A DNA stretch of 64,000 nucleotides from Octopus vulgaris (lineage: Eukaryota), in NCBI GenBank assembly GCA_951406725.2, contig OX597815.1, positions 107,136,001-107,200,000 of the forward strand. The letters run 5' to 3'. A model generated the notes under the pieces. It did not search any database and was not told the DNA's origin. It was given only the letters and a program-made list of their open reading frames with translations. The translations under genes were made by a program, and so were the position numbers. This document shows positions 1 to 15,145 of this stretch, in pieces (position 1 is the stretch's first letter; every line of letters begins with the position of its first letter).

Positions 1-227
1 ACATATATAAATATATATGTGTTTCCACATATTGCACACATTGACATATACATATATAAAAAAACTGAAGTGATGTAAAGTAACAAAAGAAAAAAAAGTG
101 CCTTGCTCAAAGACACTGCACTACCTAGTCCAAGAATCAAACCCAAGACTAACAATTTAGAGCTAAACAATCACTGCACCTTCATATACACTCACATATG
201 CATACACACACACATTGCATACATATA

Positions 228-258
<31 letters not shown>

Positions 259-733
259 GTGTGCATGTACAAAAATAAATGTTTGTGTTTGAAACTTCAC
301 TATTTTCAAGTTTGCAGCAAGCGGCTCCTACTTCATTGAAAGTAGTTCAATTATCAAAAAAGTGTTTTATTGGAATTTGCAGAGTGAGTGACTTCTGAAA
401 AGGACGTAAGCCTAACAGATTATTAAAATATTCTAGACACTTACAGAATGTTATTTGAATTAATAAATGGTTTACCATTTTTAGCCCAAATAGGAGCACA
501 GGAAATTGAGCAAAGACCATAAACATGATGTAACCCTTTTGCTACCATATTTCTATTAAACTACAAACTCAGTTTCAATTAATTAAATAAAATGAATTTG
601 TCATCAAGCTGATGTTTGGAACATAAATTAACATGAAATTAGATCATTTTCAAACAGGAAGTTTGTATCAAAGAAGCAAAGGCAGTCTCAAGTATAAGGG
701 TACCTAAAGAGTGAAGGGAGTAAAGTTCCTTAA

Positions 734-953
734 CCCCTTGGCATTTAAACTGGGCATATTCAGTCAAAATATTCTACCCACTTTATGTTCAGAATGGCCA
801 TATCTGGCCTTTCACACTTATTCTGCAATGTCATTCTAAAAATAAATTACCACATCAACAAAATCTTGAAGCTATGAGATAATGCATGATTAATTCAAAA
901 TAATGTGAACAAATAAAGAATACATTTACCAGAATAATCTGAATACTAAAGGG
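734..953. mobile_element. piggyBac-type MITE with TTAA target-site duplication
   Basis: TTAA at 730-733, then CCCCTTGGCATTTAAA ... CTGAATACTAAAGGG, then TTAA at 954-957. Imperfect terminal inverted repeats begin CCC. A related decayed copy lies at about 531-701. Confidence 0.7.
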
Positions 954-1219
954 TTAATAAGCAAATAAAGACAAAGGTGTTGATGGTATTCCAAAAGGAG
1001 AGCATGTGCTGTAATGAATATAGAATGCTCATCCATTTTCTATAAACAATTGTGCAAAACTGGCAAGATCCAACCCTGTTGTATATTTCGCAGCAATTAC
1101 TTTTAAAGACTACTTTGAGGGCATGCATGTATGCATGTATATATATGCTACAACTGGTAAATTATTCAACCTCAAACAGCTTAATTATAAATCATACATT
1201 TTTGTATCACTGATTAAGA

Positions 1220-1650
1220 GACCTCTTGTACACTGATGAATGAGATATTGCAGTACAAAATGGGAAAAGATCTCCAAACTCTTATGAATACAGTTTCACT
1301 GGCATGCAACATGTTAAGGTTCACAATAAATCATGACAAAACTGTTATTCATGATCAACTTTGTCTTGAGAAAATCCATGTGGATCCTAAAATTACAGTA
1401 TATAATAACACTTTAAAAAAAGTATCACTTCTAAATATTTGGAAAGCATGAAAAACACAGATGTAAATCTTAAGGGTGAAATTGCCAAAAGAATTCAGAG
1501 GTTATGGGATTCATTTTGAAAATTACAATTTTTACCATCATTTCAATATATACACAAGAAAATGACACTAATATATATTTTTTTTGTTGTATAACTGTGA
1601 AACAGAGACATTTAAGTTGATACAGAGAGGCTTCTGGCATGTTCGTTGTG
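1220..1650 (+). mobile_element. Decayed RTE-clade LINE reverse transcriptase C-terminal fragment
   Basis: ORF 1236-1451 DLQTLMNTVSLACNMLRFTINHDKTVI...PKITVYNNTLKKV resembles the RTE post-YADD region (LQ.L...F..AC..FGL.IN..KT.V). It is followed by GEIAKRIQR (the EI..RI motif). Confidence 0.65.
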
Positions 1651-1689
1651 TTTGTACATATACTGTTCTATGATTTTGTCTATTAATTT

Positions 1690-2110
1690 GTTAGAAAAGC
1701 CATTACTGATCGTCTGTTTCATTTTGTAGATATCTGTATTGAGTGCATCATTATGTGAAAGAGAATCTAAATGATGTTTTCAATGGAGATTTTACCACTG
1801 ACATTTTGTATCTGTATAAATATGGATGTGTGGTATCTGTTAGTTTTTACCTTAACATTTATGTCTAGAATTGGAATCATTGCATAGCTTGGAGTTATGT
1901 TTGTACTGTTCTGGATGCTAAATTTTAGTGAGCCTTTTAATTCTTCAGTGTCTGCTGGCATGACCATTATGATTAGTATATTGTCTGCACATTTGGGGTA
2001 TATTGTATGCTTCTCTATTTTCTATTATGGCTACAAAACCGCTGCAAATATGGGACCTAAAGTAGGACCTGCATCTCCTTGTATATATAACTTGCCTCAG
2101 GTATATTATG
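1690..2110 (-). mobile_element. Decayed Penelope-like element RT fragment
   Basis: The minus strand gives YIQGDAGPTLGPIFA (cf. Y.Q.DG.AMGSPLGP.FA), CADNILI (cf. YVDDIF) and IPILDINVKVKTNRYHTSIF (cf. IPFLDV.V....HTSVY). Confidence 0.55.
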
Positions 2111-2292
2111 ATAATAATGAAAAAAATATTAGTATCTTGTATAGCAGAAATACTCTTTGACTGTTCAACTAAACTTTTAGAGATAGTGCCTTAGTATGGA
2201 AGTAATCAAATGACTGAAACTGTTAAAAAGAATAAATGGTGTATGCTTATGTGTGTGCATACTTATATATACACATATATGTATTTACAGAC

Positions 2293-2460
2293 AGGTGCAG
2301 GTGTGGGTGTCTGGTAAAAAGTCCGCCTCCCAACCATATGGTTTTGGGTTCAGCCCCACAGCATGGCACCTTGGGCAAGTGTCTTCTACTATAACCCCAG
2401 GTCAACAAAATCCTTGCAAGTGGATTGGGAGACTAGAAGAAGCCTGTACTGTCGCCTTGT
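2293..2460 (+). mobile_element. tRNA-derived SINE (family A), CpG-decayed copy
   Basis: GGTGCAGGTGTGGGTGTCTGG...GGTTCAGCCC...CCTTGGGCAAGTGTCTTCT is homologous to the copy at 43292. Confidence 0.75.
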
Positions 2461-3489
2461 CTTGACATTACATGATTGCTATAAACAAGTGTCACCAACA
2501 TGCAAGTGCTGTCCTTCATTTTGAATCTTCTATGAAAACATGTCTGGGCACCCAGTCAGAAAATGACTCAACAAATTCCACCTGACCCATATGAATATGG
2601 AAAGTGGACATTAAAATGATGAGGACGATGAAGATAAGGATACATCAGAAATACATGTTAAAACATTTGGCAGATGCGATGCACTGTTTGGATGTAAAGT
2701 TACATAAGTCTTTAGAAATGTCTTGTTCATATTATGTTTAAGGGAAAAAAAAATATTTGTATGTGGAGAGAATATGCCATGTAGTCATTGCACTGTGGGC
2801 ATACAGGGGCAAAGCTTTGCAGGGTTTAGTCAATCAAATTTATCCCCAATACTTATTTCTAAGTTTGGTACTTATCCTATCATTCGTTTTTAGCTGAACT
2901 GTTCAGTTATGGAGATGTAAACGAACCAAAAATAGCTGTCAAGTGATGGAAGACTAAAACAAATGAGCATACACACATATGCACACAAATAACTCATACA
3001 TACACAAACATTTTCTAAACAGTTTCTATTTACAAAATTCCCTCACAAGGTATTGGCTGGTCTGAGGATATAGCAGACAACACTTTCTCAATGTACCACA
3101 CAGTGGGACAGAACTAGAAAGACATGGCTGCAAAGCAAACTTCTTGACCACACAGCTATGCCTGTACTTATACTAGTGTAACTTATTTGTAAATGCTGCA
3201 TTTTACTGAAGAACTGCACTCTGGATGAGTTGTGGGAAGTACTGTAAACATCACATCTAACTCTATCAAAAAAGAGTCTTCATTGTTGACTGATTAAGAC
3301 AGTATATGCATGTACATGTAAATGAATATCTATCTAACAGATATATAATACACACACATATCATCATTTAATGTCTGTTGTCCATGCAGGCAAGGGTTGG
3401 ATGGTTTGACTAGGCTGGCATTCTGGAAGGCTGGATGCCCTTCTTAACACCAACCACTCCAAGAGAGTAATGGGTGCTTTTTACATGCC

Positions 3490-3860
3490 ATTTGAGGATG
3501 GAACATTTTGTTAGTAATTTAATGCCAATCAGCAAGTGGCTCTTCTCTAGATGCAGTCCAGGAAATCCATGTGCATAGCAGTATCACTACCCTGAATGTG
3601 GAATAAAGCTGAATTACAAACCTCACTCTAGATTTGTAGGGTGCCAGTAACTGTTAGGAGCTGAAATGTTTTCTAACCATGATAAGGGCTAGTTTTAAGG
3701 ATGCTGTCTTATCTATGTTGAGAATGTGGAGATCCTCAGTAATAGCGAAGTTCAGTGTTTGGAGCATCCATGAGGGCTCTATTAGGAAGGAGGAGGTGCA
3801 ATAGTGTACTTGATATGAGTACTGTTTAAGTTATTTTGCAATTAATAGAAACGAGACTGG
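3490..3860 (-). mobile_element. Decayed CR1/L2-like LINE fragment
   Basis: The minus strand reads LLAPYKSRVR...DFLDCI*RRAT, like the YK..VRP.LEY / LE.IQRRATR motifs downstream of RT. Confidence 0.45.
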
Positions 3861-6104
3861 CATGCATCTCCACCTGCTACACACACACGTTGCATTTATT
3901 GTCTGCTTTTCACTATACCTTTTCATATTGCATATCCCAATCTGCCATTTTTATTCTAACATGGCACACCAATCACACTGTTACCTCTCATCATACCTTC
4001 ACTTCTTGTCCTCTTCATTCATCCTAGTTCATGTTCTGAATGTGCCTTTTGTTCTAGTTGTGATGTTTGTCATATTGCCCTAAACAAACAGAGGCAATGC
4101 AGAATAGTGGAGACATTTTTGCTTTGCAAGGCAATGTCACAAGTACTAGTATCAAGATAAAATATGCCCAAAATAAAAGTTGACAAATGCCTGGAGAAAA
4201 TAAAGGGCTAAATGGATTCTTTAGTCTTGTTCTCTTGAGGACAAAAATTGTTTCTCATGCTGGTATCATGATCAGATGCATCCAGTACATTCTGTAAAAT
4301 GGTTGGTGTTAGGAAAGGCACCTTGTTTATAGAAATCATGATGAAGATAGAACATATGCATGATACATGGTCTCCCAATCTGCCTAAGAGCACAGTAACT
4401 TCAAATGAGAACTCTCTTGGACAGTGACAACCTGTTTAACTAATACCAGCAAGGAAAACAGATGGAAATATGATTATATATTTATATATGTGTGCATGTC
4501 TATGCATGCATGTTATATATATATATATCTACCATTATTATTTTATGTTCATTTCTTGATGCTGACATAGGTTGAACAGCTTCTTCCCTCACTGGAGTCT
4601 GCACACTTGCACAGAGGAACAGAAAAAAAACTAAGCAATTTTCTTGTGCAAAACTTGGTACATTTTATCCTATAACTGGTGCTAGAGAAGTTATGTGTAA
4701 GAGGAATAAATTGTTCCTTCTAATCTGGCCTATATTGTTTCTAATCTACAGTTACTGACTTCATAAACGGACAGCTTATGATGCAGTTTAGAGTTCATGT
4801 CTAGATTTTACACATATACACTTGTCATTCTTACACCACACAACCACACAATTATTAGTGCATACAAATAACACTCACACATATACATATCATCATCATT
4901 TTATGTCTATCCTTCCATACTAGCAAGGATTATATGAAACTTATTGAAGCAGAAATTCTAAGCTAGGAAGCTCTTTCAATTACCAACCCCTACTTGTTTG
5001 TCAAGTAAGGTACTTTTATTTTACTGGTCCTCAGATATCTGCTAGGTACGGGACATTTCTTCACTAGAGAAAGTAATTAATGTCAGTTTAATTTTCAGAC
5101 AGTATCAATAAAGACTTGCAGAATCAACATTCACACATATACTCATCTATAGACATATACATATATGATAGGCTTTCATACAATCTCCATCTACTAATTC
5201 CCTTCAAAATGCATTAAATGTTCCAATGTTTTGTCTACACCTAGATACTCTAGCTGTTGCCAATCCTTCTGTATTTCCAAGCAAGGTAATATTTCCCATG
5301 GCCCAACATGTTTTCTATGGTAGACTGGAAATGAACAACATTGCTTGTATGATGGTGATATTTATTTGCAATCATCAAGTGATATCAAAACAAGGGTACA
5401 AACATACATACATATAAATATCCTTGGTGAGCTTCTTTCAGTTTCCATTCACCAAATCCACACCTAAGGCTTTGGATGGTCCAGGGCTATAGCAGAAAAC
5501 ACTTGCCCAAATGCCTTACAGTGGTACTGAACCTAAGACACACACTGTTGGAACACAAGCATACATACATCACACACATAAAAAAACCTATTTATTATGT
5601 GCAATATCATTAACATCCTCATGGCTTTTAAACCAGCTTTTTCCATACAAGAATGGGTGAGATGTGACTTCCTGAGGCAGTATCCTGTGGCCTGACAATA
5701 TTCCTGACACCAACCCTTGTTTTCAAGATGTCTTTGTTTCACAAATCTTCACATGCCAAACTGCCAAGCCTGGGACTTTTTGTTTATGCATGATATAAAC
5801 ATCACTGCAACCCAAGTCATGTCTATGGGAAGGCACACAGAAATTAACATACACACACAGACAAAAACAAGTCTTCTTTCAGTTTCCATCTACTGAATTC
5901 AGTCATGAGGCTTTGGTCAGCCAAGGGTTTTAGCATAAAACACTTACCCAAGCTATGTAGTTGGGAAACAAACTTCTCAATCATGCCTGCATATATATAC
6001 ACAAACACACATATATATACAATAAGCTTCTTTACAGTTTCTAACAATCCAACAGGGAATCTATCACCAATGTATAGATTTAACATGTATATATACATAT
6101 ATCA

Positions 6105-6500
6105 TCTTTTAGTTGTTTCAGTCATTAGACTGTGGCCATGCTAGGGCACCATCATGAAGAATTTTTAGTCAAAAGAATCAATTACAGAACTATTTTTTAA
6201 AGCATGGAACTTATTCTATTGTTCTCTTTTGCCAAACTGCCAAGTTATGGGTAGATAACACTAACACTGGTTGTCAAGTGGTGGCAGATAATAAATACAA
6301 ACACAAAGACACACACACACACACACATATTTATGATGGGCTTCTTTCAGTTTCCATCTACCAAACCCACTCACAAGGCTTTGGTCAGCCTGAGACAATA
6401 TTAAAAGGCACGTACCCAAGGTGCCACACAGTGAAACTGAAACAGGAACCATGTGGTTGGGAAGCAAGTTTCTTACCATACAGCCATGCCTGTACCTATA
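6105..6500 (-). mobile_element. SINE family A copy with shared 3' tail
   Basis: TTTCAGTCATTAGACTGTGGCCATGCTAGGGCACC tail plus the reverse complement of the tRNA-like head. Other decayed copies lie at about 2800-3170, 5430-5560 and 5870-5990. Confidence 0.75.
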
Positions 6501-7809
6501 TATATATGTATGTAAGAATATGTGTGTGTGTGCATGCATGTTGACATTCTATGGCTTTGCAATTGTGTGTATACCTGATAAAATAGCAATGTGATACACA
6601 TGATAGCAAAGCTATAGAATGTCAACATTCTATGATGATTTAATCAGTTCCTTTGCATGTCTCTTACTTGAAAAACAAGTGAGGGTTGATGACAGAAAGA
6701 GCATCTGGACATAAAATCCTATCTGAAATAAGTCATGGTTCACCCCATGCATGCAGGACAACAGGCATGAAATGAAGTTTATATGTACAATATATACCGT
6801 ACACAAATATACATACTATTATTACTTGTATGATGCAAGAAATCTAAAAAAAAAAAAACAAATAAAAAATCAGTGTCAAAATTTAGAGAATGGAATATCA
6901 TAAAGAGAGAAAATTTTTTATACAATTGACTAGAGACTTATAGAGTGGAATATTTTTATTAAAAATTAAATGCAGCACAAAGTTGAACATTGCCACCTAG
7001 TTCTTGGATATACATACACCTTCTTACAAGAATTTGGACAAGGTCTTTGATCTCAACTTAACTTTCCTTCAACTGAGAAGTCTTTTTTCAATATACAACT
7101 AACTGCAGTATCTTTTACACACACACACACACATATATATTTCATTTGTTGATGATGACTTGGTTGTTTGAATAACAGAATTTCCTACTGTATTAACATG
7201 TAAGTGGCTGAGCATTCCATGGGTATATGTATCCTTAACATAATTATCAGGTAGAATCATTATGGCATAGAGTGTGAGAAGACTGTACCTTTTGACCTAT
7301 GGGTTCAACTCACCCGACAAATGTTTACAGTTTCCATTGACCCAATTTTACTCACAAGATATAAGTTGGCCTAAGCCTATGGAAAATGATATTCGCCCAA
7401 GATGTCAAGCGGAGAGAGTAAACACAAGACTTTTTGGTTGTGAAACAAATTGTTTAACCTTTTACCATACTGCACCTACAAAATATACATAATGCATACG
7501 TAAACCATGTAATGAATTCCTATACCCTCTCTTTATTTATATATCATCCTCATCATCACTTAGCGTCCGCTTTCCATGCTAGCATGGGTTGGACGGTTCA
7601 ACTGGAGTCATATATATATATATATATATATTTCCATACTGGCACTGGTTGGACAGTTTGATAGGAAACAACCCAGAGGATGACGTCAAGATCCAATGTC
7701 TGCTGTGGCATAGTTTCTATGATATGATGTCCTAACACCAACCACTTTACAAAATGTATGGGTCTTTTTAGTAGCACCAGCATTAAGTTCAAAGACAAGA
7801 CCCTTAAAG

Positions 7810-8915
<1,106 letters not shown>

Positions 8916-9181
8916 CATGCACCACATAATAGTCATTTATTTTGAGCTCTTCCTGTTGCTAATACCTTTTTGAAGTAAGGGACTGTATTTATATATTCCA
9001 TTCTGTTAGTAAAGTGCAGAGCTAGAGAAGAATGTTTTAGGACAATGGCTTCCAATGAAATGCAGAATGTAAACATTCATGCAAATGCATGCATTCCCCC
9101 TCCCCCATATATGAGTTGTACCAACAAATGTTGTCTCACAAATAAAAGTAAACTATATTCACTCAAGCATGTCTGCTCCTG

Positions 9182-9234
<53 letters not shown>

Positions 9235-9515
9235 TGCATATACTCACAAAAACAATGCACATTCATATGTGAGTGCAGCACATATATATGTATAAGAAAA
9301 AGAAGTTGAAAATGCATTCGAAATATTTTAAGAAGATTTATTTACATTAACAATTTCAAGATTTTCAGAAGGAGCATGATATACAGAGGGACCTGAAATA
9401 TACCATTTGTTGAAACAAACTAAACATAGATAAAATCTGCTCAAAGATTTCAAGTGCATCTACAACTTCTTTTCTTTATGTCTTACTCATAAGAAATACA
9501 ATTATTTCCCTGAGA

Positions 9516-9546
<31 letters not shown>

Positions 9547-9890
9547 TATATATACACACATACACACACACAAACACTTATATTTATAAATGTATGTAGA
9601 TATATAATGTACATATGTATGTGTGTGTGCATTTTGGTTATTGTGTTGCACATGCTGATTGTAAACAAAGTGTCACCATTCATGCAAATGGTATTGTCTG
9701 TAATCCTGTGTGAAAGTATGTCCAGGCTGTTTCATATTTCATAAACTGGGGAAAGTATTACCTTGCAATAAATACAGGCAGCACTTAGTGACAAGAAGAG
9801 CATCCAGACTGCTACCTCAAAGCAGACATGTCTGACCCATGCAAATATAGAGCAATAGTTCTTAACTGATAATGATGATCATGATCACAA

Positions 9891-9934
<44 letters not shown>

Positions 9935-11044
9935 AGAGGAAGACAAAAGTGAGGAAAATAAGTGCTTTTCACATGAGTACATTTATAAAGAAAAGAAGTT
10001 GGAAGTTCACTTGGAGTCTTTGAGATGATATATATACATCATGACATGAGCATTTTATATCTGCTTTATTGCTGGCATGGGTTGGATGAGTCATCATGTC
10101 TGCCCTCATTCATATTTGGAATTACTGCTCTACTAGATGGGGCAGTGGACCACATGTTGCTTGTAAATTTCAGTTTTAGACAAGGCTTTATGCCCAGATG
10201 CCCTTCATATCAAGCACTTTACAAAGATTACTGTGTGAATTTTATCTTGGCATCAGCAGGTATTCATTATACATATACTCAAATAATTCTCTATCTCACA
10301 ATCTATCTATCTATCAATCACACACACCTACAAACACCAATACTCATACATATGAAAAGCTGTGCACTATAGTACACGATGGGTGAAACTTTGAGTTTCT
10401 AAAATTTACAGAACAAGGCAAAAAGCAAAACATCTTACACTGAAAAATGGTAAAGAAGAAAGACATAAATAGCAAACAAATATTACAGAAAATGGTGGAA
10501 ATTAAAATATTAAGAAAAATACTTCTTCCATCAGCCGTCAACAATAAGTCTACGGTTGTTTTTAACACTTGTGATGGGTGAGTGTTTGGTAGCTATGGAT
10601 TGAAGCTATATATATATATATATTACATACACAAAATAACTTTCATTTTATATACATGTTTTATACAACTACACATTTTACTTATATTTACACTGTGAAC
10701 ATATATATATATATATATTATAGACACATACACGTTACCTAAACGTACATTTTATACTTTTTATGAAAGAGAAATATATTAAATGGGTGAATTGGGGGAG
10801 GGTAAATATGAGCAACTAAAACTATAATCGAATTTATAACGAAAATATAAACATCGATAATTTAGTTCCATGATTATTCATTTTTCGTCTTACGAATCTG
10901 ACATTAGGGAAGATATTTCTCAAGAATTCTTTGTGTACTGCTCTGTGCATGTTGGTGTTTATATAAAGGCCTAGGTCTGTCTTTTCTATATATAATAGAT
11001 ACACAGAGTGGAGGGGGGGGAGAAGGAAAAGGATCGTATAAACA

Positions 11045-11165
11045 AATAGTCAGTGTTAATCGCTGCAGAGAGCGGGGTTAATAATTAGGTCACAGGGTGA
11101 CCCTTAATCACTAATTGAGGAGAAAGGTAAACTATCAGCAGCACCCAATTGCGACAGTTTTAGCG
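11045..11165. promoter_or_regulatory. Candidate intronic enhancer (homeodomain and nuclear-receptor-like sites)
   Basis: A non-repetitive, CpG-containing block with TAATCG, TAATTA, TAATCA, TAATTG, AGGTCA-N5-TGACCC (11087-11103) and GTAAAC within about 110 bp. Confidence 0.35.
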
Positions 11166-12054
11166 ATGAAACTCGACACATCCTTTGACTAAAATCAACA
11201 ATAACTCAATTCTGCAGTAGTCTGCACTCAATGAATTATGCATGTACAGAGTACAGATACAATTCTCTCTCCTTCTCTCAGCATACACACACACACATCT
11301 CAAAAGTAAATAGATACCTTAAAAAATAAAATTTCTGGAAACGAAATGTCATTTGATGCATCTAAATACTTAATCTAGTACTTAGTAGACATGCTTTGTG
11401 TAGTTTTTTTAATGATTTAACCTGTTTTGGTATCATACTAGCGATTAGTGTCCGCACATTTAGAACGGTACAATGAGGGGTGTCAATTTATTTTTGAGGT
11501 GTGTGTGTGTATGTATCGAGCCATTCTCATAGGTAGATGGGAGGGGGCAATATCCAACGATCACAAAATAACACATATGTTACTGTGTGATTGGAGGAGA
11601 TTTCACATAAATAAACAGAAATTTTCGCTTAGGGGAAAAACAAAAATGAACAGAAAAATATTGGCTGCCATATACAACTATCATTCTATGTACTAATTAA
11701 AGGTAATAAATAATGATCTTGTGTTTCTGTAAGGAAATTTTGACATATACTGGTTGTCACTGCAGACATGGGATGTAAATAAAAGCTACACAATTAAAAA
11801 AAAATTTAACTTCTTTTATTTTATTCATTGAAATTATATGAGAATGTATTTAATCACTAGCAATGTAGATAATTAAAGCAAACTCTGAAGATTTGTTAAA
11901 ATAATACATCCATCTATCTGTTCAACTATACATACCACATCTACGTTACGAATTTCATTTTGAATTTCTACTGAACGAAATTTAACTTCCTAACAAATAG
12001 GACGATATCTCATATTTCAGACATGTTTCTAACTGAAATACAATGGTTCTAACA

Positions 12055-12345
12055 ATCTTTTACGTAGTCGGCCGATCTACTAGAAATAGCAGCTATATCT
12101 TCAAATCACACCCACTTAAAAAAAAAACAACAAAAACGACTCGACGTGATAGTCCAATCAGCCAAATCTCCCTCAAATTCTATCCTACCATTTTGAAAAA
12201 GCAGAAGTAAAAACATATTTAATAACGTTATCTAATGGCGAGAAAAAAAAATATGGACAGTAAAAAGACGCAATGGTCATGGTTGGAATGCTTTTGACTA
12301 TTATTATCTCTATTACAGTTCGTTCAAGGTTCATCTGGAAGGCAC
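12055..12345 (+). repeat. Interspersed repeat family with CTGCTAGAAATAGCAGCC core
   Basis: The core recurs at about 12080, 12766, 16992 and 53984, and in reverse at about 15420, 17490 and 53895. Confidence 0.65.
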
Positions 12346-14072
12346 AATAAAAGTAGGACCAAATCAAACAGTTGTATGTAATAGAAGTTATAAACGAATA
12401 GCAACAGCAAGGAGAACAGTGAATTTGTTTAATATATAATAGTAATAATAATGATGATAAAAATAATAATGGTCGTTGGGACTGATTGCAAGCAAGCAAT
12501 AGCTAGCTTAGCTGGGGCATACCAATGTCTTTAGTGATGAGTTAGCTTTACTTGGCCAGATAAACAAATCTTGCTGAGCAACTTAGCAATTAATAATTCA
12601 AGGGGAAGAAAAATACTGACGGTTCATCAATCAAAACATATATTTATATTTATATATATATATTTAAACACACACATTATATAGATAACATACATATAAG
12701 GAGATACATCTTATATACGTGATAGCATATATGAGCCAACGACCTACTCTCTGTGGGAACTATACCTGCTAGAAATAGCAGCCTAATTTATCGTAACCCC
12801 ACACTGCTTTCAAAAAAGTAAAAAAAAAAAAAAATGGACACATTCTATAATATTGCCCCTGGATACACTTTTCCTGAACAACAAGATATAAAAGACGATC
12901 CTAATGAATGGTTCTGATCATAAATCTGCTCGATCAAGGGCCAACTTGAGGCTAAAACACACGACGACGACAGCAAAATCTCATTTGTTTCAAATTACAT
13001 AGTATATATTATCAACTATATACATACATACATATATATATGTATATATATATATATATATGGCGATATATATCGAGAAAAAAAATGTTATGAGTAATAA
13101 GTACAACTCGATAATTCGTGCTCGAATACTTTTAGAGATACGAAAAAAAAAAATGCAGCAGACATTTTAAACACCGAAGATGATAAATCAAGACAGACGT
13201 TCTTGATGGCTGCCGTTATTATTATTGTTGTTGTGGTTGATGTATGTATTATTTTTCAAATTACATTTTTCTTTAATCAATGTAAACAGCATAGCTACTA
13301 TTACTACAATAATGAGAGTTGAAAATTGGAAAAAAATTGCAGGAAAAAATGTTCATTTCTAGAATGTAATAAGAAGAATTGAAGTGAGATAGAGTAAGAA
13401 AGTGTAAGAGAAAGAGGCAGAAATATAATGAGAGTAGGAGGGGAGTAGAGATAAAAGGAAAAAGAGTGGAAAAATATAGAACAGTAACGACGAAAAATAA
13501 ATAAAAAAAAACAATAATGAAATATAAAACGTGAAGAGTCAAATGAGAACAGATATATATATATAGAGAGAGAGAGAGAAAGAGGGTGAGTAAATAGAGA
13601 GAGGAAATGAGACAGATAATAAGTAAATAAAGAGAAAATGAGAAAGAGAGTAAGTGTAGAGGAAAAAAGCGTAAGTAAATAAAGAGAAAATGAGAGAGAG
13701 AGAGACAGACAGACAGTAAGTGACTAGAGAGGCGGAGAAGGAAAGAGAAGTCTGAGGAATAGGAAGAGAGAAAAAGAAAAATGGTGAAAATTAGAGAGGG
13801 GGGTGTGAATGAAAAAAAAGAAAGTATAGAGATAAGGACGAGTAGGAATAGACAGGAGGTGGTAGAAATAAATAATTAACAGGAAACAAACCTAAAAAAA
13901 AACAAAAAAACACATACCTATTCGATGCACTTATATAATTAACAAGCGTATTGAATAAATGTAAATACACAACTACTACATCAACACACAAACATATATA
14001 TATATATATTTTTTTTTAAAAATGTTCTGTATTTATAAAATATTATTATTATTATTATTTATTATCACTTAC

Positions 14073-14483
14073 CTTCAAAAGGAGTTGTTTTTAATGGCCG
14101 ATTAATGTTATCTTTTTTTGTGTTTGTTTTTAATTTATAATATACCCTGCAAAATTGCACTTTATCACAGAATCTGCTTGGTGGGGGGAAAAACTATACA
14201 ACACACACACGAGCTTATGTTTGTGGTAATTTTTGTTTCTTGCTTTTTTTTGTTTGTTTATGTTTTTTTTCTATCCCTTTCGTGGATTTAATAATAATAA
14301 TAATAATAATAATTTTGTTGTTGATATAGTTATAACTGTTGTTTGTGTTTGCATTTGTTTATATGTTAGTTGATTGATAAATGATAGGTTTTGTTTGTTT
14401 GTTTTGTTTGTATTTCTCCTGTCTTCTTTTTCCACTCTGTCGTTTGTTTGTTTTTTTTTTTAATAATATTTTCTCTTTTTCAA

Positions 14484-14514
<31 letters not shown>

Positions 14515-14700
14515 GTTTTAAAGAGTCAAAATAGAGTTATCTACATAGCACCGGAGCTGAGAGATTAATAATAATATTGCCGAAATATACAGATTCTCAC
14601 AGTATTTGAGCTGTACTAACAGGCCCGTTTGGGAGGCCAAGTTAGGCAGCAGACTCATAACGAAGTGAACCCCGTCTTTCAAGAATACGTGGAGATCGAT
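14073..14700 (-). other. Probable non-coding first exon (5' UTR) of a leftward-transcribed gene
   Basis: Perfect donor AAG|GTAAGT on the minus strand (plus-strand ACTTAC at 14067-14072). The upstream sequence is unique, A-rich on the minus strand and transposon-free. The 5' end is a guess. Confidence 0.5.
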
Positions 14701-14755
14701 GCAACTGCGCAATCTCGAACAACCAGCCGGGTCACGTGTCGGACTATGACTAGAC
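14690..14755 (-). promoter_or_regulatory. Candidate core promoter with E-box GTCACGTG
   Basis: A CpG-rich patch with GGGTCACGTGTC at about 14729-14740, immediately upstream of the putative first exon. Confidence 0.4.
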
Positions 14756-14759
14756 TCTT

Positions 14760-15145
14760 ACTACTGCCACCACCACCATCATTATATCCGCTAATATCTC
14801 CGCCGTATCTACAGCAAAGCAGTACTGTCGCTGACACTACTACTACTGCTGCTGCCGTTTCTGTTTATTGCTGCATGCATGCTGCTGCTACTACTATTAC
14901 TACCACTACTACTATTACTACTACTACTACTACTACAGTAGTATTGTTACTGTTACTGCAGTTACAGCTAACATTCTACTGCTGTTGTTACTACTACTAC
15001 TGTTATTGTCTCTGCTGCTGCTGCTGCTACCTGTTTTCTGTTGTTGCTGTTTTGACTACTGCAGCTGTTATTGCTGTTGTTATTGCATTCTTAGTTATCA
15101 TCATCGTCGTCGTCGTTATCATCATCAATAGCAGCAGCAGCAATC
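14760..15145. repeat. Compound trinucleotide microsatellite (CTA/CTG/TTG/ATC)
   Basis: Seen directly. It explains the low-complexity ORFs at 14629-15162 and 14868-15131. Confidence 0.9.
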
